Part shown: positions 13,880-27,245 of the stretch, one piece after another
Position numbering within the stretch: position 1 is the first letter of the stretch
Layout of the letters: every line of letters starts with the position of its first letter
Source: Mobula hypostoma
Lineage: Eukaryota
Direction of reading: 5' to 3'
Length of the DNA: 64,000 nucleotides
Assembly (NCBI RefSeq): GCF_963921235.1
Contig: NC_086102.1
Span: forward strand, 44,082,001-44,146,000
Notes under the pieces: generated by a model
What the model was told of the DNA's origin: nothing
What the model saw: the letters and a program-made list of their open reading frames with translations, nothing else
Database searches by the model: none
Translations under genes and position numbers: made by a program

Positions 13880-14160
13880 CCCTCAAAATGCTGGAGGAGC
13901 TCAGCAGGGCAGGCAGCATCTATGAAAAAGATTAAACAGTCACGCTTCAGGCCGAGAACCTTCATCAGGACTGGAAAATTATGAGAAGTCAAGGCACCTT
14001 CTTGCTCTGACTTCTCATCTTTCTTTCCCCTGTCCTAATGAAGGGTCTCGGCCCGAAACATCGACTGTACTCTTTTCCATAGATGCTGCCTAGCCTGTTG
14101 AGTTCCTCCAGCATTCTGTGTGTGTTGCTTGGATTTCTAGCATCTGCAGATTTTCTTGTG
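13880..14160. mobile_element. Palindromic mini-element of two inverted Penelope pLTR halves
   Basis: AATGCTGGAGGAGCTCAGCAG...CTTCATCAGGAC / GTCCTAATGAAGGGTCTCGGCCCGAAAC...GAGTTCCTCCAGCATT. Confidence 0.75.
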
Positions 14161-14309
14161 TTAATATTTGCAGATCACTGTTAAGTTTTGATCCTTCGGC
14201 TTATTTACTCACTATTACACAGCCTCTAAATCTGACAATTAATTGCAAATTATTGCAAAAGAAGTGTTGATGAGGCACTATAAGAGACCAGGCATTTTAT
14301 CAAGCTCAC

Positions 14310-14436
14310 CTGGCATTGTCCCTTTGCAGCCACAATGGACATCCTTTTGTCCACCACTGGAGCAGAATGTGCAGCAGTGGAATATGCCAACATGCTCACG
14401 GAATTTGCCTTCTACCGTTACGGTGAATGGGGAACC
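14310..14436 (-). CDS. TRIM45: TRIM45 coding exon 5
   Basis: TTTTCTAG|GGT TCC CCA...; GSPFTVTVEGKFREHVGIFHCCTFCSSGGQKDVHCGCKGTMP; donor CCAG|GTGAGC; 127 nt. Confidence 0.95.
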
Positions 14437-15368
14437 CTAGAAAACAACAACACTCTATTGAAGTTACATATACCACAAAAAAATATATATTTTTAGGCTG
14501 CAAATACACTTAGTCGCCACTTTAATAGATAGATCCTATACCTAATCAAGTGGCCACTGAGTGTATGTTTGTGGTCTTCTGCAGCTGTAGCTCGTCCATT
14601 TTAAGGTTTAACATGTTGTGCATTCAAAGATGGCCTTCTGCACACCACTGTTTTAAAGCATGGTTATTTGAGTTCCTGTCTTCTTCCTCTCAATCTGAAC
14701 TAGTCTGGTCATTCTCCTCTGACTTCTCTCATTAAAACGACATTTTGACCCACTGAACTGCTACTCACTGGATGCTTATTTGTTTTCTGAACCGTTCTCT
14801 GTAAACTCTAGAGACTGTTGTGCATGAAAACCAGGAGATCAGTAGTTCTGGGATAGTCAGACTTCCCCATCTGGCATCAACAATCATTCCACGGTCAAAG
14901 TCACCTCAATCACATTTGTAGCCCCAACAATGATTCCCCTTTCGTTGTCCCCTTTGCACTCTCAGTCCACAGCAGAGACCCACACTGGAATCAGGTTTAT
15001 CATCAGCTGCATATGTCATGAAATTTGTTTTTTTCCTTTTGCGGCAGCAGTACAATGCGATACATCAAATTACTACAGTACTGTGCAAAGGTCTTAGGCA
15101 CCCTAACTATATACTTCTGCAGGAGTATTCAAATTGTGTTTGCATATGTTGTACAAGCAGGGACATCCTCCAGCTTCAGATGAAATAAAGGCTGTACAAT
15201 CAGAAATCAATGAGGTTGATAAGACTGAGGCAAGTTTTCTATTAATAAGTCTGAAAGTTGTTGACATCAGATGAAATAATTTCTATACTTTAAGGACAAA
15301 GACTACTTTAGTCCGTGTGTTTAATTTCAGGTATGTGTTGTAATAGTGCAGGCATTATCCACTTAAAA

Positions 15369-17013
15369 TACACTTTGTGGCCACTTTATTAGGTACCTCA
15401 TAAAGTGGCCATTGAGTGTATGTTCACTGTCTTCTGCTGCTGTAGCCCATTCGCTTCAAGGTTCAATGTGTTGTGCATTCAGAAATGCTCTTTTGTACAT
15501 TATCATTGTAATGTGTGATTATTTGAGTTACTGTTGCCTTCCTGTCAGCTTGAACCAGTCTGGCCATTCTCCTCTGACAGTTCTCATTAATAAGGAATAT
15601 TCGCCCACAGAGCCGCCACTTGCTGGATGCCTTTTGTTTTTCGCACCATTCTCTGTAAACTCTAGTGATGGGTGTGCATGAAAAGTCCAAAAATAACTCA
15701 GGTAAAGATGGCGCTGGTGAATCAGAGTGAAACTTTACAGGCAGCAAACAAAACCACTAACTATTTTATTCATATTTTACTTCTCATTTTTACTATTCAC
15801 TTTTTCTGGACTACGATCACTGCAGTCCACATCCTGTAGTTTCTCTTCGTAGGACCTGGTGATCTTTGCAGTGTCCTGGGGGATTTGGTGGGCTGGACAC
15901 TCGAGAGTCCAGGTACAATGGTGTCAGCTATTGCTGCAGTGGAACTGGGGTGGGATCGAAGCAGCAAGGCCTGGGACTGAGAGCGAAAAAACAAACTGAT
16001 GCCTGGCCGACATAAGTGCCCAGTGAGATTGGGGCTGACGGTAGAGGTTGACAGCTCCGTTGTTCAGTTCACCGCTCAGTGGGGTTTGCTCGTCTTGGCA
16101 GTGGGCTGACTCTGTAGCTATGGCCTGCAACCATCGGCACTCACCTCAGCGCTGAACTGGCTCTGTGGACGGCTTCTGGACTGGCTTCACTCACCTCAGC
16201 GCTGAACTGGCTCTGTGGACGGCTTCTGGACTGGCTTCACTCACCTCAGCACTGAACTGGCTCTGTGGACGGCTTCTGGACTGGCTTCACTCACCTCAGC
16301 GCTGAACTGGCTCTGTGGACGGCTTCTGGACTGGCTTCACTCACCTCAGCGCTGAACTGGCTCTGTGGACGGCTTCTGGACTGGCTTCACTCACCTCAGC
16401 GCTGAACTGGCTCTGTGGACGGCTTCTGGACTGGCTTCACTCACCTCAGCGCTGAACTGGCTCTGTGGACGGCTTCTGGACTGGCTTCACTCACCTCAGC
16501 TCTGAACTGGCTCTGTGGACGGCTTCTGGACTGGCTTCACTCACCTCAGCGCTGAACTGGCTCTGTGGCTGTGAACTCATTTTTGGAGCTCTGCACTTCA
16601 CATTCTTTGTTATTTGTTTACTTTTTATCATTTGCTCTGTTTACTCTTTTCCTATATATTGGGTGTGTGTGTGTTTTTTTTAAATGGGTTCTACAGTGTT
16701 TCTTTGTTTTGTGGCTGCCTGTAAGATGACAAATCTCAAGGTTATATAACGTATACATTCTTTGATAATAAATGTACTTTGAACTTTGAATTTTTGAGAT
16801 ACTCAAACCATCCCATCTGGCACCAACAATCATTCCATGGTCAAAGTCACTTAGATCACATTTCTTTCCAATTGTGATGTTTTGTGTGAACAACAACTGA
16901 ACCTCTTGACCATGTCTGCATGCTTATATGCACCAAGTTGTTGCCACATGATTGGCTGGCTAGATACTTGCATTAACAAGCATGTGTACCTATGAAAGTG
17001 GTCTCTGAGTGCA
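15369..17013 (-). mobile_element. Internally deleted Tc1/mariner element, interrupted by a LINE-tail-type repeat (about 15700-16790); second partial copy about 14503-14910
   Basis: TIR-like TACACT..GTGGCCACTTTATTAGGTAC; transposase fragments GKKCDLSDFDHGMIVGAR and RVYREWCEKQK...QRRMARLVQADRKATVTQI on either side of the insert. Confidence 0.82.
16138..16568. repeat. 50-bp minisatellite, about 8.6 near-identical copies
   Basis: TCACCTCAGC recurs at 16141, 16191 ... 16541; only single-base variants seen. Confidence 0.97.
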
Positions 17014-18318
17014 AAGTACATTCCGATTACAACAGTGCAGAGAATGATGTAAACAAAAGGGAAAACCATCAAGCTGCTGGTGGAGCTCAGCGGATCAGAC
17101 AGCTGTACAGGGAAATGGATAGTGGATGTTTTTTGTTCCGGGTTCCAGCATCTGTAGTCAACTATGTTTCCCATACGTGAACATAACTGATCTTCAGCAT
17201 GCTGATTACCTGAGTGGATCTGAAACCTTTGGATGTGTCAGAAGTAATACTTTCAATTTTAGTAAATGAATAGGAGATGCAAGGAATTCCAGATGCTGGA
17301 ATTTGGAGAAACACACAATCCGCTGGCAGAACTCGGCATCCACGGGAGGAAAAGACATACTGACATTTCAGATTAAAACCGTGTATTGGAGCTGAGATCG
17401 GAGACGGACGATTGCCATTACAAAGGGATGGGGGGTGATGTTGAGACAGGGGACAAAAGATGATTGCTAAACTGTGGATCAGTGAAGGATGAGAGGTAGA
17501 TGGAGCCAGGTCAGAGAGAGGGATGGGTGGAGTTAAGAGATAGAAGCAGATGGAGCCAGGTGGAGGAAGGGAAGGGTGAAGGCAGAGAGTGCTGCTAGGG
17601 GATAATAAGTGGGAACTGGTGCTGCTATGTGATAGGTAAGGAATGAGATAATAGCAATCAGTGGGAAAGAAACTGATAATGGAACCAGAAGAGGGAAGGA
17701 GGGCCCTGATGAGTTAAATAAGTGAGTGGACTCTGAAGGGGTAAAGGGACTCGTTCACTCAGCTGTTTTTTTTTCTGTAAATTAACATAATGTGTGCAAT
17801 CTGCTCTGAGCAGCTTTACACAAGAACAACTTTTGGAACAATCTGAAACAGGCCAGGAAATTAATGCCTGGAAGGATAAAATGCAGGATACATTTAGACA
17901 GAGGTTCCAAGATATTTCATGTTATTTAGTTTTGCAGAAATAAAAAAAAAACTAGCTTCTTTTCATGATGAGAGAAGCACCTTTTTCTTGGAGGAAGGAG
18001 AAGTCTAGCTTCCTTTTTTTTAAAAAGAACACCCACTTCAGTGAAAGAGTGATTTTGAGGACAGGATCTAGTTCAGAATAACACTACTGTAAATTCCAAT
18101 GTCCAGCTTACATTATTACACTGTAGTCAGTGGAAAAACTTTGGATGTGTACATAATGTGATGGTCAGGAGCAAGAAGGCATCTCATTTTCAGATAGAGA
18201 GAAACATTAATACTTAGTCCGTTTTCAAATCCATTCCACAAAAGCAGAATGCAAGCTGTTTTATGCAACATCAAGATAATTTGAAACCTTTATATCACTT
18301 ATACCAGTCTTGACCCAC

Positions 18319-18430
18319 CTGTACATGCTGTCCATTTACACAGACCCACGCCACATACGAGCCTGACATCTGAGGTGTATATATAATTCGATAAGTTCCA
18401 TCATGATTATCTTGCAGTGTTGTTTTGATA
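18319..18430 (-). CDS. TRIM45: TRIM45 coding exon 4 (filamin-type repeat)
   Basis: CCACAG|T ATC AAA...; IKTTLQDNHDGTYRIIYTPQMSGSYVAWVCVNGQHVQ; donor CAG|GTGGGT; 112 nt. Not in the ORF track. Confidence 0.94.
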
Positions 18431-19290
18431 CTGTGGATTGAAATAATAGATGACCGGCATATTCAGAGTAAATACTTTCAGTGAAGCAATGGAGTACTGT
18501 TGAGGTGTCCCTCTTTCCAAACCAGAGATGAAAATGCTGATTCTGATGCAAGCGGATACAAGAATTAGTACAAATACTGTCAAATTTTCAGTGAAAGGAT
18601 ATAAAGAAATCTTAGTCATAGAGTAATACAGTATGGAATTAGGCCCTGCAGAAAGATGCTCACAGGTTCGAAGAACTGTCTTAAAGTATTGGAGGCAATG
18701 TTTCATTTTTCATCAATCCTTACTGGAAATGAGTGGCAAGGTATTTGAGAGTTAACTATAATGGTGAGTTTGAAGTCATACATTGGCCGAACTAGGTGGG
18801 AACAAAGTGACAATGGCAGGGACGATTACAATGTTTAAAAGCTATTTGGACACTTAGATGGATAGGAGAGGTTTTGAGAGATATGGGTCAAATATAGGCA
18901 AATGGAATTAGTGTAGATAGGGAGTTAGGTTGGGATGGAAAAGTTGAGCTAAAGGGTTTGTGAACAACTCTATGATGGGATTCTTCTCCTGAAGAACAGT
19001 AGAGAACCAGATGGGGTTTGCACTCATCTCCATCATTATTAACGCCTAACTTTTTTTTTCAAATCCCAAATTATTAACTGAATATTAACTGCTACCATAG
19101 TGGTACGGGTCTAGCAAGTTAACTATTGCAAATATAAAAATCAGAATCAAATTAACCTAATTTATATTTGGGAATGGAAGTTACATTAATTAACTACTCA
19201 CCCAAGTTTAAACTGCTTAAAATAGCAAGACACCTACAGTATATTAGAGATGAATTTACCTTCCTGCTCACTTTCTTGCAAGTTACCCAC

Positions 19291-19420
19291 CATTCTTTTT
19301 TATTCTTATTGAAGATGCTCACTCGAATAGATTCACTTCCCCTTCCCATCTTCTGGCCCGATTGGTCATTGCAGACTAGTGTGAAAGTACTTGGCTGGTC
19401 TTGTTGAGCCACATGGAGAC
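19291..19420 (-). CDS. TRIM45: TRIM45 coding exon 3 (filamin-type repeat, N-part)
   Basis: TTCAG|GT CTC CAT...; GLHVAQQDQPSTFTLVCNDQSGQKMGRGSESIRVSIFNKNKKE; donor TG|GTGGGT; 130 nt, phases 1/2 fit both neighbours. Confidence 0.93.
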
Positions 19421-20301
19421 CTGAACGACAGCAAATTGGACACGAGTTACCCAACTTGAAAGCAACGCCCAACCTTAAACCACTTATTCTTACTACTTAA
19501 ACAATGAGAAATCTGCATTTCATTAGTGTAATTTAATGCTCAGTGTGAAGCAAATTTGATCCAAGCCATTAAACACAGCCCACACTTCTCTCTGGGACGT
19601 GCTGTGATCTGTACAGTGTCAGTACGCAGCCCAGTGAAAACCAGAAGCTTCCTCTTGCAAGTCAAAGGACACTAAAAAGTAAGTTAAAAGGCGGCTAACA
19701 ATTCTTCTGAAAGACAAAAATAATCTCTATTTCTGCTTTCCCACACAGGGAACTCGTGTTCGTAAACAGCACCACTTATTCTGCTCCGTTTAATTTTGCA
19801 CCTTAACACCGAGATGAACCGACAGCACAGGAGACTGTCCCACACTTGTCCAGTAGGGACATACCCAGCTTCTGCTCCACCACAATAAATAGCAAATTGA
19901 AATGACGGGCTGCAATGTGCAAGAGTTCAATTCAACATTTAAAACCTTCTCCCAAGCCCTCACATTTAACGGCCACAAAGCAGTCACCATACTGGATGGA
20001 ATGAGTGCACTGTGACCCAGAAATGAGCAGATATCTCAACTCATATATTATAATCTCTAACTAGGGCACACAATTTCTGAAGTCCCACTTAACTTGAGGA
20101 TGGAAGAAATAAGTAAGGAAGTTTATGGCTTCAAAAAGCTGGAGTGCTAATTACCTTGAACACAGGTGTAAAAATCTGTCAATTTTGATATCAAATGAGA
20201 AACAATCTCATTAATCTCATGAGATCTCATTAACCTCAGTCACTTAATGGTTTTACAGGAATTAATTCAGGATAAGACTGACATTAATTCTGGATACATA
20301 G

Positions 20302-21511
20302 TGTCATGTGTGACGCCAAGCAGAGCTACCAGACGGATGATCCTAATGAGAGAGATAACGGAAGACAATGGAGAAACATTCATTACAACATTTTGAGGTT
20401 TATTTGTCTGGCACGGAAACCACTGATAATTTACACTGATCACAATCCATTAGTGTTTTTGGCCACAATGAAGGATAAAAACAAACGCTTATTAAGTTGG
20501 AGCCTGGTATTACAGGAATTTGATATTAAGATAAAACATAAAAGGAACTGACAATGTGATTGCTGATTGTCTATCAAGGTGTTAAAACTTAAAGTTCTCT
20601 GTATTAGCTGAATAGCTGATGACTACCTGTATATTAGGGGGCATCTTATAATGTGCATTCATGCCCATAATTTTTACCCCAGTAAAAATCCTTTTAAGGG
20701 TGGTGGTGTCATGTGTGACGCCAAGCAGAGCTACCGGACAGATGATGCTAATGAGAGAGATAACGGAAGACAATGGAGAAACATTAAAAATGCTAATAAG
20801 AGAGAAGAGAGAAGATTAACGTGAAAGAAACACAATTCAGATATTGACAGACCGTTTGCCTTGAACCTGAACTGTTTGAAGTTTGATGGACAGGTGATAC
20901 CCCAGCAGGGGGATAAAAAGAGCAGGTTTGCTAAGGCACGACACGCCACGAGACCCTGGAAAGAGCAGTGTGCCCCCACAAGTTGGTGGCAGTTTGGAGG
21001 ACCGGTTCGCGGGAATTGGTCAGAGGCTCACATGGTGTAAAGGTACGATCGGTGGGAACCTGGGGTGTGTGTCTGCCCCTGCCTGGGTGCTGGGTTCACC
21101 GCGGAAGAACGATCATATCCGGAACGGAGGGGTCACAGTCGGTGACCACAGCGGGATCAGAAGACATCAAAAGGTCTGCCCGAAACCAACTGCATCTCTC
21201 TCTCTCTCTCCCCCCCCAACGGTACAACAACAGCGATTACTTCGAACTGCACTAAACTGAACTGAACTCTGTTTCACTTAAGACTGATCATTTTACCCCT
21301 AGACTGCGATAGAGCTTGGTTGATTCCTATTACCCTATTTCTGTGTATATGTGGGTATTATCATTGCTAACCTGTTACATTTATATCCTTGCGATTAGTG
21401 TACTGTATTAATGATGTCTTTAATAAAACTTTATTAGTTCCTAGTAATCACAGACTCCAACAAGCGTTCCATTTCTGCTGGTTTGGCAACCCAGTTACGG
21501 GGTACGTAACA
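20302..21511 (+). mobile_element. Deleted Gypsy-type LTR retrotransposon (truncated 5' LTR, RNase H tail, PPT, full 3' LTR 20707-21511)
   Basis: TGTCATGTGTGACGCC at 20302 and 20707; IYTDHNPLVFL...RLLSWSLVLQEFD; LTR ends GTAACA; 4-bp TSD ATAG. Confidence 0.88.
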
Positions 21512-21698
21512 ATAGTAAGTATATTCAGTGGAACAATAGCAATAAGCTTTCACTGAAAATAAACTTTCCAACATTACAGAATAATGGACTTAAATAGTAG
21601 AGAGGGAATGACATGCAGAAGGAGGTTGAAGGGCTCGCAGGACCTAGAAGTGAACAGGAAACACGTAGAGCAAGTAAGCCCATCAAGAAGGGTGTATG

Positions 21699-22016
21699 AG
21701 GGCCGGCCGGTGGTGCAATGACATCGGCGTCAGACCCAAGAGCAGAGGTTTCCGGGTTCGAAACCAGTCGGGCCTGCTCCCGAGTACGCTTTCCATCCGT
21801 GCTGGGTTGAGTGTCGAGATCGCAACTCGACCTCGTAAAGATAAAGGGAAAATACTGCGAAATGGCTGTGTGAGGAGTGGCGCGCCACACGGTCTCGCAC
21901 TCTCGCTCGCTCCATGCCTTGTAAAAAGCCATGAAAAAGACATCATCACGGACGCACACACATGCACAGACTCGCACACACGCAGGCACACGCCAAAAAA
22001 AAATAAAGAAAGATAA
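21699..22016 (+). mobile_element. tRNA-derived SINE with 14-bp TSD
   Basis: A-box-like TGGTGCAATGAC, B-box GGTTCGAAACC, A-rich tail; TSD AAGAAGGGTGTATG at 21685-21698 and 22017-22030. Confidence 0.85.
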
Positions 22017-23039
22017 AAGAAGGGTGTATGCAGGATGGTATAGTCAACATTTCAGGCCAAAACCCTTCAGCAGGACAGAAGGGTTCTGCTGAAGGATTTC
22101 GGCCCGAAACGTCGACTGTACTCTTTTCCTAGATGCTACTCGGACTGCTGAGTTGCTCCAGCATTTTGTGCGTGTAGATCAGGATTTTTTAAACACTGAC
22201 GTATGGAATGAAATCTGTTGTTTTGCAGCAGCAGCACAATGCAAGGAATAAGGTTTAATATAAATACACGGTGTAAAAGACAAATTACAAGGTAGTGTTC
22301 ATAGACTGCTCAGAGACCTGACAGTAGTAGTGGAAAGAGGGCACATTCTGAAGGGTGAAGGTCTTTAATAATGGATGCCACATTCTTGAGGCATCACCTA
22401 CTGAAGACGTCCTTGATGGCAGGGTAGGTTGTGACTGTGATGGAACTTCCTGAGTCTGCAACCCTCTGCAGACTTTTGCAGTCCTTTGGACTGGAGACTC
22501 CATACCAGGCTGTGTTGCAACCATTCAGAATGCTCTCTACTGACAGGAGAAGGGGCAAAGGTGGGTTACTGGCTTCTTAAAACCAGTCGTTTCAGGCAGA
22601 TGTGGCTTGTCAGCCGTGGTTGGCAGCTCATCTAGAAGAAAAACTCTGATCTCGAATCTCCGCTGTCTTGCGGCTCTACCCACTTATGGGGAAGGCTTCG
22701 GGAGTAGACCCAGAGAGAAAAATCCAGACCTGGAGTTCCTAAGGCAGCCCTACTAGTTAAATACTGACTGGCAACTCGTGTGATGCTGCGGGTACCAAGC
22801 TGAATCAGTCTCTGCCATTCCTTTGGGTTCATCCAATGCATGGAGAAGGGGAGCTTGCAACATGGGCAACAGCTTGCTCTCCATATCGTACGGCCCAGGC
22901 CTGCATATCTACTTCAGCTAGGACGCAATGTCCATGGTCAACTCTGACAGACGAAGGCCTCAGTCACCAAATCACCTCAATCTCCTAATGAAGTAGAGCT
23001 GCTGGAATGCCTTCTTTGTGATTGTTGGACCCAGGATAC

Positions 23040-25960
23040 ACCCTCCAAAATGTTGAACCCCAGTAACTTGAAGCTGCTCACTCTTTCCACCACTGACCCT
23101 CAGTGAGGACTAGTGTGTGTTCTCCCAACTTCTCCTTACTGAAATACACAATCAAACCCTTGGTCCTGTTGATCCTATGTGCAAGATTGTTGTTGTTACA
23201 GCACTCAATGGGCTGATTAATTTCACTCCTATACGCCTCCTCATCACCATCTGAGATTCTGCTAACAACAGTGGCGTCATCAATTTATTGATGGTGTTTG
23301 AGCTGTGCCTAGCCACACAGTCATGAGTGTAGGGAAAGTAGAGCTTTGCACGTGCCTGGGTTGATTGACAGTGAGGATTTATTATAACCTGCAGTGACTG
23401 TGGTCTCCCAATAAGGAAGTCGAGGGAGGTAGTGAGGCCCAGGTTTTGAAGCTCATTGATTAGTATTGGGGAGATGATGGTGTTGAACGCTGAGGCATAA
23501 TCAATAAGCAACAGCCTGATGTATGTTTTGCTGTTGTCTAGCTGCTCTGAAGTCAAGTGCAGCGCTAGTGAGTCTGTGTCCATTATACAGTACATCTTGT
23601 TGTGGCTGCAAGCAAATTGCAGCAGGTCAGACAAGAGTCAATTCCAACCAAGACCAACTCCCAAAGTATTTCATCACAAAATCGATGTGAGAGCTACCAG
23701 GCAAAGGTCATTTGGGTAGCTCACCTTGTTCTTCCTGGGCTCTGGTGTGCTTGATGCCCTTTTTAAAGCAGGTGGGAATCTCGGACTACAGCAGTGAGCG
23801 GCTGAGGATATCTGAAGTTGTTTGAATATTCCGGACATCCGGTCAGCACAGATTTTCAGTTCCCTGCATTTCGCCCTCTTGAAGGAAGTTCTAACATCAG
23901 GCTCTGAGACAGAGAACACAGTTGCCAGAGGCTGTGGCGATTCATATTTTGATAGTGTTATTCTATTTACAAAGCATGCATAAAGGTTGTAGAGGAGTGA
24001 AGCATCATTGCCATTTATGCAGTTAGGTTTCGCCTTATAGGAAGTAATAGCATGCAAACCCTGCCATCGCTGCTGAATCTCTAACTGTTTCTATAACTTC
24101 ACAGAGTTGCCTTCTTGCTCTCACTATGGCCTTCAGTGGGCCATACCTGTACATCTTGTAGGGTCTGGATCACTGGCCTTGAGCACCACAGATCTGGCTC
24201 TGAGTAGACTGTGAATCTTCTGGCTCATCCAAAGCGTCGGGTTTTAATGCTCAGTCTGTTATTGAAGGCATACACTCATCCACACAGGTCTTGATATCAT
24301 ATTCATACAGATCCAAAGTTCAAAGTAATTGTATTATCAAAGTATGTATACGTTACCATATACTACCTTGAGATTAACTTTCTTGCAAGCCTTTACAGGA
24401 AAAACAGAAATACAATAGAATTTTATGAAGAACTATGCATGAACAAAGAATGACATACCAATGTGCAGAAGGCAAGCTATGCAAATATCATAATACTGAG
24501 AATGTGAGTTGTAAAGGCTCCTTGTAAGTAAGTCTATAGATCGTAGAATCAGTTCAGACTAGTAGTGAATGAAGTTATTCACACCAGTTCGGGAGCCTGA
24601 TGGTTGAAGGGTAATAACTGTTCTGAACCTGATGGTGTGTGACCCAAGACATCTGTACCTCCTGTCTGATGGTAGCAGTGAGGAGAGGGTATGGCCTGAA
24701 TGGCGGGGGTCCTTTGGTGATGACTGCTACTCTCTTATGATAGTGCACAATGTAAATGTACTCAGTGGTGGGGAGGGCGTTGCCTGTGATTGACTAGGCT
24801 GTATCCACCATTGTTCCATTCCTGCTCATTAGTGTTTTCATTCCAGGTCATGATGCAACCAGTTAGGAAACTCTCCACCGTGTATCTATCGAAGTTTATC
24901 AAAGTTTTTGGTGACAAGTCGAATATACGCAAACTTCTAAAACAATCTAGAGGTGTTCTCATGCCTTCTTTGTGATGACAGTTAGGTGCTGGTCCCAGGA
25001 CAGATCCTCTGATATGCTAAACACAAAATACTCTGCAGATGCTGGGGTCAAAGCAACATTCACAACACACTGGAGGAACTCAGCAGGTCGGGCAGCATCC
25101 GTGGAAACGATCAGTCAACGTTTCGGGCCAGAACCCTTTGTCAAGCTACCGACCCTTTATCTCTCTTCCCCTGTTGAGGATTGGCTCATAGAGGACCTCC
25201 AGCTTCTTCCTCCCAGAGTCAATAATCAACTTCTTGGTTTTGCTGGCGTTGAGTGAGAAGTTATTGTGGCACCACTCAACCAGATTTTCAATTTCCCTCC
25301 CATACGCCAATTCGTCACCACCTTTGATTCAGCCAACAACAGTGGTGCTGTCACCAAACTCAAATACGGCAGCCAAAGATGAATCCCTGAATATGGTCCA
25401 GTCCACCAATTCAAACCAGTCATGTAAATGCTCCTCCACCTCCCTTGACCATCCTCACCACCAGTGCTGCAGTCTCAGTCTCTGCTTAAATGCTGAGAGT
25501 AGAAGTACAGCCAGGTGATCAGACTTGCCACAAAGTGTGAGCACAGTAAATGCTCTCGACACTGCTGCAACAGCGACTGAATGCGTTGGCTCCACTGGTC
25601 CCATCGGTGGCATGCTGGTGGTAGTTTGTCAGAGAATTCTTCAAGCTGGTCTGATTGAAGTACCCATGGTGATCAAGAAGGCATCTGGGTGCGCTGTCTT
25701 GTGACTGCTGATCACGGTCCTCAGTTCCTCTAGTGCCAACTTGACATCAACCAGGAGAGGAATGTACGTCGTTACCAGAATGACGGAGGAGATACAATGG
25801 ACAACAGGTTGGGGAAGCAGGACTGAAACAGAACTGCCACGCTTGTGCAACACGATGAATTAATCATGATGCAAATGGCTTTAACTCAAGCTGCTGTCCA
25901 GTCCATCCAGTAGATGGTGAAGCCCTCTGTGTCTGGAGTGCTGGGGATGAGCTATGGCTC
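23040..25960 (-). mobile_element. Mosaic of decayed Rex1/RTE-like LINE fragments
   Basis: LIDYASAFNTI, NDLCLVALTS, KELIIDF-like segments, AHPDAFLI; many stops and frameshifts; boundaries approximate. Confidence 0.7.
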
Positions 25961-26059
25961 TGTGAAGCAGAGTACACAATCGTTCCTAACTCCCTCTGCT
26001 AATGCAATCTTGTTCTGAGGTCTTCAATTTTATCTTCCAGGGACAGTACATTAGACGGG

Positions 26060-27245
26060 AGGATGATAGGAAGGAGGAAAGTGGATCTTTGGGGCCTGCA
26101 TTTCGGTCCTGCCCAGCTGCCACATTTCCTGAGACAATGGAGAGGTTCGTTGATGTGGATAGAGAATTGGTTGGCAGACAGGAAGCAAAGAGTGGGAATA
26201 AATGGGACCTTTTCAGAACGGCAGGCAGTGACTAGTGGGGTACCGCAAGGCTCAGTGCTGGGACCCCAGTTGTTTACAATATATATTAATGACTTAGACA
26301 AGGGAATTAAATGCAGCATCTCCAAGTTTGCGGATGACACGAAGCTGGGCGGCAGTGTTAGCTGTGAGGAGGATGCTAACAGGATGCAGGGTGACTTGGA
26401 TAGATTAAGTGAGTGGGCAAATTCATGGCAGATACAATTTAATGTGGATGAATGTGAGGTTATCCACTTTGGTGGCAAAAACAAGAAAATTGATTATTAT
26501 CTGAATGGTGGCCGATTAGGAAAAGGGGAGGTGCAATGAGACCTGGGTGTCATTATACACCAGTCATTGAAAGTGGGCATGCAGGTACAGCAGGCGGTGA
26601 AAAAGGCGAATGGTATGCTGGCATTCATAGCAAGAGGATTCAAGTACAGGAGCAGGGAGGTACTACCGCAGTTGTACAAGGCCTTGGTGAGACCACGCCT
26701 AGAGTATTGTGTGCAATTTTGGTCCCCTAATCTGAGGAAAGACATTCTTGCCATAGAGGGAGTACAAAGAAGGTTCACCAGATTGATTCCTGGGATGGCA
26801 GGACTTTCATATGATGAAAGACTGGATCGGCTAGGCTTATACTCGTTGGAATTTAGAAGATTGGGGGGGGGATCTTAATGAAACGTATAAAATCCTAAAG
26901 GGACTGGACAGGCTAGATGCAGGAAGATTGTTCCCGATGTTGGGGAAGTCCAGAACGAGGGGTCACAGTTTGAGGATAAAGGGGAAGCCTTTTAGGACCG
27001 AGATTAGGAAAAACTTCTTCACACAGAGAGTGGTGAATCTGTGGAATTCTCTGCCACAGGAAACAGTTGAGGCCAGTTCATTGGCTATATTTAAGAGGGA
27101 GTTAGATATGGCCCTTATAGCTAAAGGGATCAGGGGTATGGAGAGAAGGCAGGTACAGGGTTCTGAGTCGGATGATCAGCCATGATCATACTGAATGGCG
27201 GTGCAGGCTCGAAGGGCCAAATGGCCTACTCCACCTATTTTCTAT
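26060..27245 (+). mobile_element. 5'-truncated CR1 (RT C-terminus + 3' UTR)
   Basis: GVPQGSVLGPQLFTIYIND, KFADDTKLGG, RPRLEYCVQFW, TRGHSL. Confidence 0.9.

Noticed and set aside
16138-16568. CRISPR-like array
   Set aside because: Units are contiguous with no unique spacers, and the DNA is eukaryotic.
19740-19990. Cys-containing minus-strand ORF as an extra TRIM45 exon
   Set aside because: The six-exon model is already complete and in frame, and this ORF has no similarity to TRIM45.
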